From Candidatus Latescibacterota bacterium (lineage in GTDB: Bacteria > Latescibacterota > UBA2968), in assembly GCA_965205975.1 (NCBI GenBank), contig OZ242195.1:704001-768000 (forward strand): a DNA stretch of 64,000 nt. The letters are read 5' to 3'. The notes beneath the pieces were generated by a model. It was not told the DNA's origin. It was given only the letters and a program-made list of their open reading frames with translations, and ran no database searches. A program made the translations under genes and the position numbers. Shown here one piece after another: positions 29,404-39,929 of the stretch (position 1 is the stretch's first letter; each line of letters begins with the position of its first letter).

Positions 29404-32112
29404 ATGGCTATCAAAAAATCAGAAATTTACAGAAAAATCTGGGAAAGCTGTGACGCGCTACGCGGCGGCATGGATGCGAGCCAGTACAAGGATTATGTCC
29501 TTTCACTGCTGTTCATCAAATACATCAGCGATAAATACACTGGCGAGTTGTATGCGCCAATCACGGTGCCAGATGGCGCGAGTTTCACCGACATGGTCGC
29601 ACTGAAGGGCAAGTCGGACATTGGCGACCAGATCAACAAGAAGATCGTAGCCAAGCTTGCCGAGGTCAACCAACAGCTTTCGCAAGCGGATTTCCCGGAT
29701 TTCAATGACTCGGCAAAGCTCGGCGACGGCAAGGAGAAGGTTGACCGTTTAACTGACTTGATCGCAATTTTCGAGGACCCTTCGCTCGACTTCAAACAGA
29801 ACCTCGCGGGCGGCGACGATATTCTCGGCGATGCGTATGAGTACCTCATGCTCCATTTCGCTACAGAGAGCGGTAAGAGCAAGGGGCAGTTCTATACGCC
29901 CGCTGAGGTCAGCCAGGTCATGGCGCAGCTACTCGGAATCAAGGATGCATCAACCAGTTCGCAAACGACCGTTTATGACCCGACCTGCGGATCGGGTTCC
30001 TTGCTTCTGAAAGTCGCCGATCAGGCTGGCACGTCCGTCACGCTTTACGGGCAAGAGAAAGACGCGGCGACGACCGGTCTCGCGCGCATGAACATGATTC
30101 TGCATGATTGCTCTACCGCGGAAATCCGGCAGGGCAATTCACTGGCCGCTCCGAAATTCCTTGATGGTGAGGCACTCAAGATCTTCGATTATATCGTTGC
30201 CAATCCGCCGTTCAGTGACAAGCGTTGGACGACCGGCCTTGATCCTGAAAATGATCCGCATGACCGGTTCCAAGCCTACGGAGTGCCGCCGCCCCGACAG
30301 GGTGATTACGCCTACCTGCTGCATATCGTCCGGTCACTGAAGAGCACCGGCAAAGGTACCTGCATTCTGCCGCATGGTGTTCTGTTCCGTGGAAATGCAG
30401 AGGCAGAAATTCGCCGGAATCTGGTCGCCAGAGGTTATATTCGCGCCATCATCGGGCTACCGGCCAACCTGTTCTACGGCACTGGTATCCCTGCCTGTAT
30501 TGTCTTGATCGACAAAGAAGACGCGCATGCCCGCAAAGGTATCTTCATGATCGATGCGAGCCAGGGCTTTATTAAAGAAGGGCCGAAAAATCGTCTGCGC
30601 GCGCAGGACATCCACCGGATCGTCGATACATTCTGGAAATCCAACGATATTGCCGGCTATGCTCGCATGGTGTCTCTGGAAGAGCTCGAGAATAATGAAT
30701 TCAACCTCAATCTGCCGCGCTATATCAACAGCCAGAAGGAAGAAGACGAGCAAGATATCGAGGGGCATCTACGCGGTGGTATTCCAGCGGATGACATCGA
30801 AGCGCTGCAATCCTACTGGGATGTTTATCCAACTCTTCGACAATTACTTTTCGACGAGTGCAGACCGTTCTACCACGACTTGAAGATCGGTAAGGCCGAC
30901 CTCCGCTCAACAATTTTTGAGCACCCGGAATTTGTCGCATTCCAAAACGAAATGCGTGACCTTTTCGATCAATGGCGATTCTGCAGTGTGGGCTACCTGA
31001 AAAACCTCGAAAGGGGATGCAATCCAAAGCAAGTGATTTTCGATCTGTCTGAGGACTTGCTTAATCATTACAGCGATAAACCCTTGGTCGATAACTACAA
31101 CATCTACCAGCATCTGATGGACTATTGGTCAGAGACGATGCAGGACGATTGCTACTTGATCGCCGCCGATGGCTGGAAAGCCGAGACCTATCGTATCATC
31201 GAGAAGGCTAAGAATGGGAAAGAAAAAGACAAGGGTTGGACTTGCGATCTGATTCCTACAGAGTTGGTCATCGCCCGCTTCTTCGCTGAAGAACAGGCCG
31301 AGTTCAATCGCCTAATTACTGAACTTGAGAGGGTTGAGACGGAAAAGACCGGATTGAAGGAAGAACACGGTGCCGAAGAGGGGGCACTGGCCGACGTCAG
31401 CAACAAGACGGAAGCTGAAGCGGCATTGAACGAGGCAATTACTTGGGTCTGGGAGCAGGAGAATCCAGAAACGTATAGGGAAGCGAACTCGCTTGAACGC
31501 CAGATCGCGGATGCTGAGAAGCGGATTGCAGAGCTTGCCACTTCGGACATACTTCAGGCCTGCAGGGGCGCGAGAGGTATCACACAAGCCAAAGTGAAAG
31601 CCGCTCTGGTAATCGCCAATTCGATATTGGATCGTAAGATGCTTAATGAGTATCTGGAAACCGTGAAGTTGCTTAGGCCGACCAAGAATATGCTCAAAGA
31701 GTTTCAGGAGAAAGCCTTTACGCGGATCAAAGCGGCCATGAACAGTGACCCAGACAACGAGATCTATGCCGACCTGAGTGTCATCTCACGGTACCTCGAT
31801 CTGATCCAGGAAGAGTCTGGGATAAAAGCCAAACGCAAACAAACGGAAACGGATCTGGATCTGGCGGCCTACAAAAAATATTCTGAACTGACCGTAGAAG
31901 AGATCAAAGTACTCGTCGTAGAAGACAAATGGATGACAACAGTCGGCGATCGGATCGAGGGCAGGATGGGGCGGATCAGCGATTCACTATCCGAGCGCGT
32001 CCAGATGCTCGCCGAGCGATATGAAACGCCATTGCCGGACATCTCTGCACGCGTTGCTAACTTAGAGAGCCGGGTTGACCAACACCTTAAACGGATGGGT
32101 TTCTCATGGTAG
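29404..32112 (+). CDS. hsdM: Type I R-M methyltransferase subunit (long form, 902 aa)
   Basis: LRGGMDASQYKDY, GQFYTP, YDPTCGSG, NPPF. Confidence 0.96.
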   Translation: MAIKKSEIYRKIWESCDALRGGMDASQYKDYVLSLLFIKYISDKYTGELYAPITVPDGASFTDMVALKGKSDIGDQINKKIVAKLAEVNQQLSQADFPDFNDSAKLGDGKEKVDRLTDLIAIFEDPSLDFKQNLAGGDDILGDAYEYLMLHFATESGKSKGQFYTPAEVSQVMAQLLGIKDASTSSQTTVYDPTCGSGSLLLKVADQAGTSVTLYGQEKDAATTGLARMNMILHDCSTAEIRQGNSLAAPKFLDGEALKIFDYIVANPPFSDKRWTTGLDPENDPHDRFQAYGVPPPRQGDYAYLLHIVRSLKSTGKGTCILPHGVLFRGNAEAEIRRNLVARGYIRAIIGLPANLFYGTGIPACIVLIDKEDAHARKGIFMIDASQGFIKEGPKNRLRAQDIHRIVDTFWKSNDIAGYARMVSLEELENNEFNLNLPRYINSQKEEDEQDIEGHLRGGIPADDIEALQSYWDVYPTLRQLLFDECRPFYHDLKIGKADLRSTIFEHPEFVAFQNEMRDLFDQWRFCSVGYLKNLERGCNPKQVIFDLSEDLLNHYSDKPLVDNYNIYQHLMDYWSETMQDDCYLIAADGWKAETYRIIEKAKNGKEKDKGWTCDLIPTELVIARFFAEEQAEFNRLITELERVETEKTGLKEEHGAEEGALADVSNKTEAEAALNEAITWVWEQENPETYREANSLERQIADAEKRIAELATSDILQACRGARGITQAKVKAALVIANSILDRKMLNEYLETVKLLRPTKNMLKEFQEKAFTRIKAAMNSDPDNEIYADLSVISRYLDLIQEESGIKAKRKQTETDLDLAAYKKYSELTVEEIKVLVVEDKWMTTVGDRIEGRMGRISDSLSERVQMLAERYETPLPDISARVANLESRVDQHLKRMGFSW

Positions 32113-32416
32113 CGGAGGACTGCTTGCGAGTAATGCTATGCAGAGGATCTCGGATGTATTCAACGCAAAGGTAGAAGGCAAATAAATATGATGAGTAAGA
32201 AACAAGAGACAATGGGCAAAACCCTTGTAGCTGGACACACTCTATCGGAAGAGGTGCCGGTGGGTTACAAGCGTACAGAAGTGGGGATGGTTCCTGAGGA
32301 TTGGAAGATCAAAAGAGTAAGCCAATTTGGAATCATTGTGACCGGAGGTACTCCTTCAACTCTGGTTCGTCAATACTGGAACGGACATCATCCGTGGATT
32401 ACACCTACAGATATCT

Positions 32417-33216
32417 CTAGTGGGTCATTTGGTATGCGCGTTGCCATTGATAGAGTGCAGATTTAGACCGTCTCAAAGGTGATCTGGTGAAGGCCCTTGA
32501 TCCGCCTATGGCATAGCGTCTATCTCTGCTGTGCTGTCGTCGTTTTGCTCTTTTACCACCCCACTCGAAAGGCGTTGGATTACCATTCCATCCCGCAGCA
32601 GTGGCTTCCAACCAGTCGATGATTTGCTCAGGTGTTTGGGGATAGTGTCCGTCCAGTCCTCGCCGTTTCAAGATGCGCTGTATGGACTCTGTCATATTTA
32701 ACCAAGATCCGCCAAGGGGGGTATAAAGCGGCATAACCCCTTGAGAGAATAGCCATAAGATCAACGATGTCGTGTGATGTCCTTTCAAGTTATCCATCAC
32801 AAGTAGCAGGCGCAATGGCGGGAGGTCTTCAGGCAGGGTTATAGGCATCTCTAATCCCGCTTGCCAGGTCTGCCATAATGCGCGATTCTGCTTTGCTTTA
32901 TGCGTCTTTTTTACCTTTGGTAAGCCTTTCAGGATCGCGGTGAGTTCTTCTTTCAGCCAGGGGTGCAAAACCTGATTGGCTGTGCTTGTGGTTCCCCGCA
33001 CACGCAGGCGACCTGTTTTGGGATGGAACAGCGTCATCAGCTTGGCTGTACCTGATCGAACATACTCGTGTGGCAAACGATGGGGTCGCCCTTCAGGATG
33101 CCAGCGCTGTCCGGGGTAAGGGATGGTTTGAAAGGGACCGGCTTCATCCTCACACCAGACGGATAGCCCCATTTTTTCACCGAGCGTGTAGGCTTTCTCA
33201 ATGAGCTTTTTTTTTT
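32417..33216 (-). CDS. IS630 transposase, catalytic DDE part (orfB)
   Basis: [25 protein letters not shown]; likely reached by slippage at the A10 run. Confidence 0.9.
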
Positions 33217-33761
33217 GCTTGTGCATCCGGATCAGTCACGGTGACCACACCTGTTTTTCGCTTACGTACCACTTGACCAGTCATACACCATGTCCGATCC
33301 TTTTGATAGGTCCAGCCCGCGTCATGCAATACGGTCCAAATCGTATAGGTGCTGACATTGGGCAACCCATCAGGGGCTTTTCTCAGTGCTGCTTGAAGCG
33401 TCGAAAGCGACCAGGTTGCTGTCCCATCCTGTATGCGATCTGGCACACGGTTTATCTCACAAAGAATACGTTGGCGTTCTTTTTCTGTATAGATCACTTG
33501 TCGTCCACCCCCGTATCGGGGTTCTATGGCTGCTATCCCTTCTTGATTAAAGCGGGCGACTAACTGACTGACGGCATCACCACTGCGACGACCTGCCCTT
33601 CGAGCCGCTTCACTAAACGAATGCCCTTCGGATACGGCCAGTAAGGCTTTGGCACGCGCAACAGGGGCAGCCGGTTGTGTTAAACTACGGCTGATGGCAT
33701 ACAGGGTGGTGCGTTCTTCTGCTGTTAAAATACGCAGGGGGTTATTTTGCCTTCGGGCCAT
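33198..33761 (-). CDS. IS630 transposase, N-terminal HTH part (orfA)
   Basis: GGAGGT RBS then [31 protein letters not shown]; ends AKKKAH over the A10 run. Confidence 0.9.
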   Translation of the reverse strand: MARRQNNPLRILTAEERTTLYAISRSLTQPAAPVARAKALLAVSEGHSFSEAARRAGRRSGDAVSQLVARFNQEGIAAIEPRYGGGRQVIYTEKERQRILCEINRVPDRIQDGTATWSLSTLQAALRKAPDGLPNVSTYTIWTVLHDAGWTYQKDRTWCMTGQVVRKRKTGVVTVTDPDAQAKKKAH

Positions 33762-33797
33762 TATACCTCCACGATAAAGACGAAAATGTGAAAGCTC

Positions 33798-33826
33798 TTG
33801 CTGATGCATAAAGATATATCTAAAAT
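33798..33826 (+). promoter_or_regulatory. Putative outward-facing sigma70 promoter inside the IS end
   Basis: TTGCTG-17 nt-TAAAAT pointing into the 3' part of hsdS and hsdR. Confidence 0.45.
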
Positions 33827-34928
33827 TACGCATTGGCTATAACCAAAGCAAATGACCCACTAGTGTTAGGGACATTTTTTCTAGTGAAAGATTAATTACT
33901 GATGCTGGATTGGATTCGATAAAAGAACTACCTCCCAATACCGTCTTGGTCACATGCATTGCGAGTATAGGAAAGAATGCAATTCTTAGGGTCCGTGGCG
34001 GGTGTAATCAGCAGATTAACGCGGTTGTGCCGAACAAACAACATTGGGCTGATTACCTTTATTACGTTTTTGAAAATGCAAAAGCATACCTGCTTGGAAA
34101 TGCTGGAACTACGGCGACAGCTATCATTTCCAAAGAGCTTTTTCAAAATCTTATCTTTCCTGTTCCTGCTCAGCACGAACAACGCGCCATCGCAGAGGCG
34201 TTGTCGGATGTGGATGAATTGCTTGATGCATTGGAGGAACTGATCGCTAAAAAGCGGGCTGTCAAGCAGGCTGCTATGCAGCAACTCCTCACAGGTAAGA
34301 CTCGCCTGCCGGGTTTCAGTGGGAAGTGGGAGACAAAGCGACTGGGAGAGATTGGTGACATCTCTGGGGCGGGAGTGGATAAAAAAGTTAGTATTAACGA
34401 GATGCCGGTCCGGCTCGTGAACTATCTTGATGTCTATCACAAGACATTTCTATATTCAGAGGATCTAACCCACGAAGTCTCAGCAAAATCGGATCAGGTT
34501 CGGCACTGTATGATTGAAAAAGGGGATATTTTCTTTACACCTACCTCTGAAGTGCGCGATGATATAGGCCGTTCTGCGGTCGCTATGGAGGATATTCCAG
34601 ATGGCGTTTATAGCTATCATGTCGTCCGATTGCGGTTGAAGACAGATTGGGACTTTTATTTTCGAGCTTATGCCTTCGATACAAAGGATTTTTTGGATCA
34701 AGCAAGCACGCAGTGCGAAGGCAGTGGTACGCGCTACGTCATAACCCTCCCAAAGTTCCGCGCGATGACCGTCTGTTTTCCACTAAACGTGGAGGAACAA
34801 GCTGCCATCGCCAACATCCTCTCCGACATGGACGCTGAGATCGATGCGCTGGAACAACGCCGGGACAAGGCCCGTACTATCAAGCAAGGCATGATGCAGG
34901 AACTTTTGACAGGGAAGGTACGACTGGT

Positions 34929-37900
34929 ATGAGTAATGTGCGAAAAGCAGAGAAGGTTACGCAGCGGCGTGTGATTGAGTTATTCCAAGATCAACTCGGT
35001 TATTCGTTTTTGGGTGACTGGACTGACCGTGAGAATAACAGCAATATCGAAGAGAAGTATCTGACCGCTTGGCTTGAGAAGCGAGTCTACACGCCAGAGC
35101 AGATCCGTCAGGCGCTTCTTCAGCTACACATTGAGGCGGACAATAGCAGTCGCGGCCTCTATGACAACAACGAAGCCGTTTACAGTCTGTTGCGCTATGG
35201 CGTGACGGTAAAGGTTGAAGCCGGAAAGCCGTCCGAGACCATTGATCTGATCGACTGGGACGAACCGGCGAAAAACGACTTCGCAATTGCCGAAGAGGTT
35301 ACGATAAAGGGCGGACATGAGCGTCGGCCGGATATTGTTCTCTACGTAAACGGTATCGCCATCGGTGTACTGGAGTTGAAGAATAGTCGGGTCAGCATTG
35401 GCGACGGCATTCGGCAGAATCTATCGAACCAGCAGCCTGAGTTTAACGCGTGGTTTTTCAGCACGGTTCAATTCGTCTTTGCTGGTAATGACACCGAGGG
35501 ACTGAAATATGGCACGATCGGGACGCCGGAAAAATATTTCCTCAAATGGAAGGAGGATGAAGAAGAGGACGAAGGCTATAAGCTCGACAAATATCTGACG
35601 AAAATTTGCCGCAAGGACCGGTTGATCGAACTTATGAAGGATTTCGTCCTTTTTGATGCTGGGGTGAAGAAACTGCCGCGTGTGCATCAGTATTTCGCGA
35701 TCAAGGCGGCGCAGGAGCATGTGAAGCGCCGCGAGGGTGGCATCATTTGGAATACCCAAGGCTCCGGTAAGAGCATCGTCATGGTGTTGCTCGCCAGGTG
35801 GATACTGGAGAACAATCCGAATGCTCGTGTGGCCATCATCACGGATCGGGATGAACTGGATAAACAGATCGAAGGCATTTTCTCCGATGCTGGCGAGTCG
35901 ATTGATCGAGCGAAAAGTGGTCGTGATCTTCTCGCAAAGCTGGGGGAGGCAAAGCCACGCCTTCTGTGTTCGCTTATTCACAAATTTGGCAAGCGGGATG
36001 TCGAGAATTTAGATAGCTGGCTCAAGGATCTCCAGGAGCAACCGAGCCCGACAGTTGGCGAGGTCTTCGTCTTCATCGATGAATGCCATCGCACCCAGAG
36101 CGGCAAGTTGCACAAGATGATGAAAGCAATAATGCCGAACGCTGTTTTCATCGGTTTTACTGGTACGCCGTTGCTGAAGAAGGATAAGAAGACCAGCATG
36201 GAAGTGTTTGGCGGATATATTCATACTTACAAGTTCAGCGAAGCGGTCGAGGATGAAGTTGTGCTCGACCTGGTCTATGAAGCCCGCGATATTGACCAGC
36301 GCCTTGGCTCGGAAGAGAAGTTCGAGACGTTGTTTGATGCCATGACCAGGGGGCTGAATGACTGGCAAAAGGGCGAGCTTCTTAAGAAGTGGGCCACGAT
36401 GCAAAGCGTGCTTAGTTCGAAATCGCGGATGGACCGAGTGGTCACGGATATTCTATTCGACTTCGGCACCAAGCCGCGCCTATCGAGCGAGCGAGGCAAC
36501 GCGATCCTGGTCTCATCGAGCATCTACGAGGCTTGTCGCTATTTTGATCTATTCGACAAGACGCTACTGAAAGACAAGTGTGCGATCGTCACCTCGTATA
36601 ACCCGAGCACACGGGATGTTACACGTGAGGAAATAGGTGCCAACTCCGAGACCGACAAACAGTTCATCTTCAATGTCTATAACGAACTGTTGGAAGATAT
36701 ACACCCGCGGTCGGGCAAATCCAAGACCGAGACCTATGAAGACAAGGCTAAGGATTTATTTAAAAATCAGCCAGCGAACATGAAGCTGCTGATCGTCGTT
36801 GACAAATTGCTGACAGGCTTTGATGCGCCGCCCTGTACATTTCTCTACATCGACAAATCAATGCAGGATCATGGGCTGTTTCAAGCGATTTGCCGTCCGA
36901 ATCGGCTTCACGATGAGGATAAGGATTTTGGGTACATTGTCGATTACAAAGATCTTTTCAAGAAGGTCGAAAACGCAATCGCGGTGTATTCGTCCGAACT
37001 TGATCACAGTGTGCCGGATCCCGACGTGTTGCTACAGGACCGTCTAACTAAGGGGCGTGAGCGATTAGATGATGCGCTCGAAATGCTTGAAAGGCTCTGC
37101 GAACGTGTCGAGCCTCCAAAGGACGATCTGGATTACATCCACTATTTCTGCGGCAATACTGAGATTCCATCAGACCTAGAAGAAAGTGAGCCACAGCGGG
37201 CAATGCTCTACAAGGCCGTCGCTGCCTTCGTGCGCGCTTACGCTAATATCGCCGACGAGATAGATAAAGCGGGCTATAGTCAGGCCGATATTGATCGGAT
37301 CAAAGAGCGACTGAAGCACTATATCGCCATCCGCGACATCATTAAAAAAGCGAGCGGCGAGATGATCGACTTGAAGGCCTACGAGGCAGACATGCGCCAC
37401 CTCATTGACACCTATATTGAAGCCGATGAGGCTCGCACAATCTCCCCGTTTGGCGATGAGAGCTTACTCGATCTTATCGTGAAAACCGGCATTGCCGATG
37501 TAATTGCATCAAAACTCGGCAACCTCAAGGGCAACAAGGAGGCAATCGCTGAAACGATTGAAAACAATGTTCGCCAAAGGATCATCAAAGAGCATCTTAA
37601 CGACCCAACCTTCTATGGTCGGATTTCGGATCTGCTCGACGAGATCATCAAATACCGGCGCGAGAAGGCGATTCAATACGAGGAGTACCTTAAGCAGATT
37701 GACAATCTTGTGAAAAGGCTGAATGCAGGCACAGCAGAAGAGACTTCCGAGAAGCTGGATACACCGGGGAAGCGAGCACTCTACAACAATCTTGGAGAGA
37801 ATGAAGAAATGGCGTTACGGGTTGATGCGGCGGTGAAGATGTACAGGCCGGACGGCTGGCGCGGCAACGAGGCCAAGGAGCGCACCATCAAGTATGTACT

Positions 37901-37973
37901 TTATAAGGAGCTTGACGACACGAATGAGGTCGAACGCATTTTTCCGGTCATTAAAGCCCAGGGAGAATATTGA
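34929..37973 (+). CDS. hsdR: Type I R-M restriction subunit
   Basis: RPDIVLYVNG...ELK, TQGSGKS, DECHR, GFTGTP, LLTGFD. Confidence 0.96.
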   Translation: MSNVRKAEKVTQRRVIELFQDQLGYSFLGDWTDRENNSNIEEKYLTAWLEKRVYTPEQIRQALLQLHIEADNSSRGLYDNNEAVYSLLRYGVTVKVEAGKPSETIDLIDWDEPAKNDFAIAEEVTIKGGHERRPDIVLYVNGIAIGVLELKNSRVSIGDGIRQNLSNQQPEFNAWFFSTVQFVFAGNDTEGLKYGTIGTPEKYFLKWKEDEEEDEGYKLDKYLTKICRKDRLIELMKDFVLFDAGVKKLPRVHQYFAIKAAQEHVKRREGGIIWNTQGSGKSIVMVLLARWILENNPNARVAIITDRDELDKQIEGIFSDAGESIDRAKSGRDLLAKLGEAKPRLLCSLIHKFGKRDVENLDSWLKDLQEQPSPTVGEVFVFIDECHRTQSGKLHKMMKAIMPNAVFIGFTGTPLLKKDKKTSMEVFGGYIHTYKFSEAVEDEVVLDLVYEARDIDQRLGSEEKFETLFDAMTRGLNDWQKGELLKKWATMQSVLSSKSRMDRVVTDILFDFGTKPRLSSERGNAILVSSSIYEACRYFDLFDKTLLKDKCAIVTSYNPSTRDVTREEIGANSETDKQFIFNVYNELLEDIHPRSGKSKTETYEDKAKDLFKNQPANMKLLIVVDKLLTGFDAPPCTFLYIDKSMQDHGLFQAICRPNRLHDEDKDFGYIVDYKDLFKKVENAIAVYSSELDHSVPDPDVLLQDRLTKGRERLDDALEMLERLCERVEPPKDDLDYIHYFCGNTEIPSDLEESEPQRAMLYKAVAAFVRAYANIADEIDKAGYSQADIDRIKERLKHYIAIRDIIKKASGEMIDLKAYEADMRHLIDTYIEADEARTISPFGDESLLDLIVKTGIADVIASKLGNLKGNKEAIAETIENNVRQRIIKEHLNDPTFYGRISDLLDEIIKYRREKAIQYEEYLKQIDNLVKRLNAGTAEETSEKLDTPGKRALYNNLGENEEMALRVDAAVKMYRPDGWRGNEAKERTIKYVLYKELDDTNEVERIFPVIKAQGEY

Positions 37974-38722
37974 TGAACAGCACGCTGTGCCTTGGTGATA
38001 TATCAATCGACCTTGTGTTGAAGGACATCAAGAATGTCCATCTCAGCGTCCATCCACCGACCGGACGTGTGCGCATCGCTGCCCCGCAAAGCATGAGCCT
38101 TGATACGATCCGGCTATTCGCGATTTCCCGCCTCGGCTGGATCAAGCGCCAGCAACGTCGGCAACGCGCCCAAGACAGGGAGCCGCCGCGCGAGTATATC
38201 GAGCGCGAAAGCCACTATCTGTGGGGATACCGCTACCTGCTGCACATCGTTGAGGACGTGCCGCGCAGCTTCGTCTCCGTTGAGCACCGACATATCGAGC
38301 TTGGTGTTCCCGAAGGCGCCGACAGGGAAAAGCGGAAGGCCATTCTTGATAGATGGTACCGAAAAGAACTTCGGGCCGCTGCCTCAAAGTTGATTGACAA
38401 ATGGCAGGACGCGCTGGGCGTTAAGATTGAGCGCTTCTTCATTCAACGCATGAAAACCAAGTGGGGTGGAAGTAGCCCGAAGCGCCGCACCATTCGGATT
38501 AATCTCGAACTCGCCAAGAAAGATATCGAGTGCCTGGACTACGTTATCCTGCATGAACTCGCACACTTCATTGTCCCAAATCACAGCGAAAGCTTTGTCG
38601 CGCTTCTTGACCAGCATATGCCGAACTGGAGACACGTGAGAAAACACCTGAACGACCTGCCGCTCGGATCGGATAATGTTGAAGAAAAATGGCGGGAGAT
38701 AGAACATGAGGTGATTTGTTGA
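37973..38722 (+). CDS. YgjP/DUF45 zinc metallohydrolase (M48/SprT-like)
   Basis: MKTKWG, DYVILHELAH...NHS; TGATG coupling to hsdR. Confidence 0.9.
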   Translation: MNSTLCLGDISIDLVLKDIKNVHLSVHPPTGRVRIAAPQSMSLDTIRLFAISRLGWIKRQQRRQRAQDREPPREYIERESHYLWGYRYLLHIVEDVPRSFVSVEHRHIELGVPEGADREKRKAILDRWYRKELRAAASKLIDKWQDALGVKIERFFIQRMKTKWGGSSPKRRTIRINLELAKKDIECLDYVILHELAHFIVPNHSESFVALLDQHMPNWRHVRKHLNDLPLGSDNVEEKWREIEHEVIC

Positions 38723-39046
38723 CCTGCCAGCGCATATCCAGTCTACTGGTTCACTGGAACGCAGGGTTTTGCCCTCTATACGGCGGTTTCAGGAGTTGGA
38801 TGTTGGAGACGGCGAACTCGATGCGCCCCAGACCATTGATCAACGCACACGGTCATTGCCCGAAGCGTCAGAGTAAGAAAGAATTTTGATCTGAATTCAC
38901 ACCGCAAATAATAGGGATGTGCTATTTTCAACCCATTGATTAGGGGATCAGGGCTTCAAGAGCGGATTGCCGCGGTTATCCCGTTCGCATCGTTATTCTG
39001 GAATCGCAGCCCTGCCTCTATTCCAGATTTATTACGTTACAGGTTC

Positions 39047-39319
39047 TTACATCACATCCAATATCGCTTGCGGATTTTTGTCTGCGATTATCAGTAGTGT
39101 CCGGGCTGCACCCGATGGACGACGGCGACCCTGCTCCCAGTCTTGCAACGTGCGAACAGATACACCCATCAATTGGGCAAACTGAGATTGAGAAAGACCC
39201 ACTTTCGCTCTCGTTTCGGCAATATCAGGTACTGTGATGGTACGACCGTGTTCGCCGCGCTTAATTTCCTGCAAACCAGATAGAATCTCTTGGCCAATAT
39301 CTCTATTCCTTTCATTCAT
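39047..39319 (-). CDS. higA: HigA-type HTH antitoxin
   Basis: GLSQSQFAQLMGVSVRTLQDWEQGRRRPSGAA; overlaps toxin stop. Confidence 0.9.
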   Translation of the reverse strand: MNERNRDIGQEILSGLQEIKRGEHGRTITVPDIAETRAKVGLSQSQFAQLMGVSVRTLQDWEQGRRRPSGAARTLLIIADKNPQAILDVM

Positions 39320-39626
39320 TTTCGATCTCCTCACGGATTTGTTTGAGAATGTGGGCAGGAATATTGTCGCTCACATTTTTCGGATAGATCGTCAACATCC
39401 AAAATGTCTGTGTCGTCATTTTCACGAAATAGATGACTCTATAGCCACTGCGTTTTCCTCGCCCTTGTGCCCGCCATCTGATTTTTCGCACACCTCCCGA
39501 TCCGGAAATCACACTGCCAGCCTCAGGATTTAACAGTAAGGCTTTCTGCAATTCCGCGTATTCTTCGTCGGATAAGTATTTCCGTATGAGTTGGGTAAAA
39601 AGCTTTGTTTCAATGAAATTGTACAT
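39312..39626 (-). CDS. higB: HigB/RelE-type toxin
   Basis: FIETKLF...NPEAGSVISGSGGVRKIRW...GKRSGYRVIYF...IYPKN; toxin-first order. Confidence 0.9.
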   Translation of the reverse strand: MYNFIETKLFTQLIRKYLSDEEYAELQKALLLNPEAGSVISGSGGVRKIRWRAQGRGKRSGYRVIYFVKMTTQTFWMLTIYPKNVSDNIPAHILKQIREEIENE

Positions 39627-39632
39627 ACCCAA

Positions 39633-39660
39633 AATATACGGCATTGCCGTATAATATCAA
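39633..39660 (-). promoter_or_regulatory. higBA promoter with operator palindrome
   Basis: TATACGGCA-T-TGCCGTATA (39635-39653); on minus strand TTGATA-16 nt-TATATT, 6 nt before ATG. Confidence 0.7.
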
Positions 39661-39929
39661 GAATCAAAATGTAGGGACGATCTTCCGTATAGATCACAGA
39701 ATTAAAGCGTTCCTATGAGGCTATTATGGGCCAGACTCTTGTGGCTGTCCACGTTTTTCGTATGGATCCTTTGTGCATTAAATTTTGAATATAATAATCT
39801 TTATACACCAAAATGCCATTGCAAACCCCTGTTTTTTCGAGTAAATTGCAGATATTTGTAAAGATCGTAAGATACGAGAGATCAGTATGTCATCCTGTTT
39901 GGGGACACGACACTGGAGGAGTACAGGTT

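Larger units (their letters stand above)
32420..33860 (-). mobile_element. IS630-family insertion sequence (1441 bp)
   Basis: 12-bp perfect TIRs GTGGGTCATTTG (32420-32431) and CAAATGACCCAC (33849-33860); TA duplication in a CTAG target; split HTH + DDE transposase. Confidence 0.95.
32188..34932 (+). pseudogene. hsdS: Type I R-M specificity subunit interrupted by IS630
   Basis: Joining 32188-32419 to 33863-34932 gives 1302 nt in frame (433 aa): ...TGGTPST...[21 protein letters not shown]...EQRAIA...LLTGK...EQAAIA...ELLTGKVRL. Confidence 0.93.

Noticed and set aside
38723..39046. Possible gene remnant and hairpin between the YgjP-like gene and higA
   Set aside because: No assignable reading frame; the TCTGGAAT/ATTCCAGA stem has a large loop and no clear U-tract
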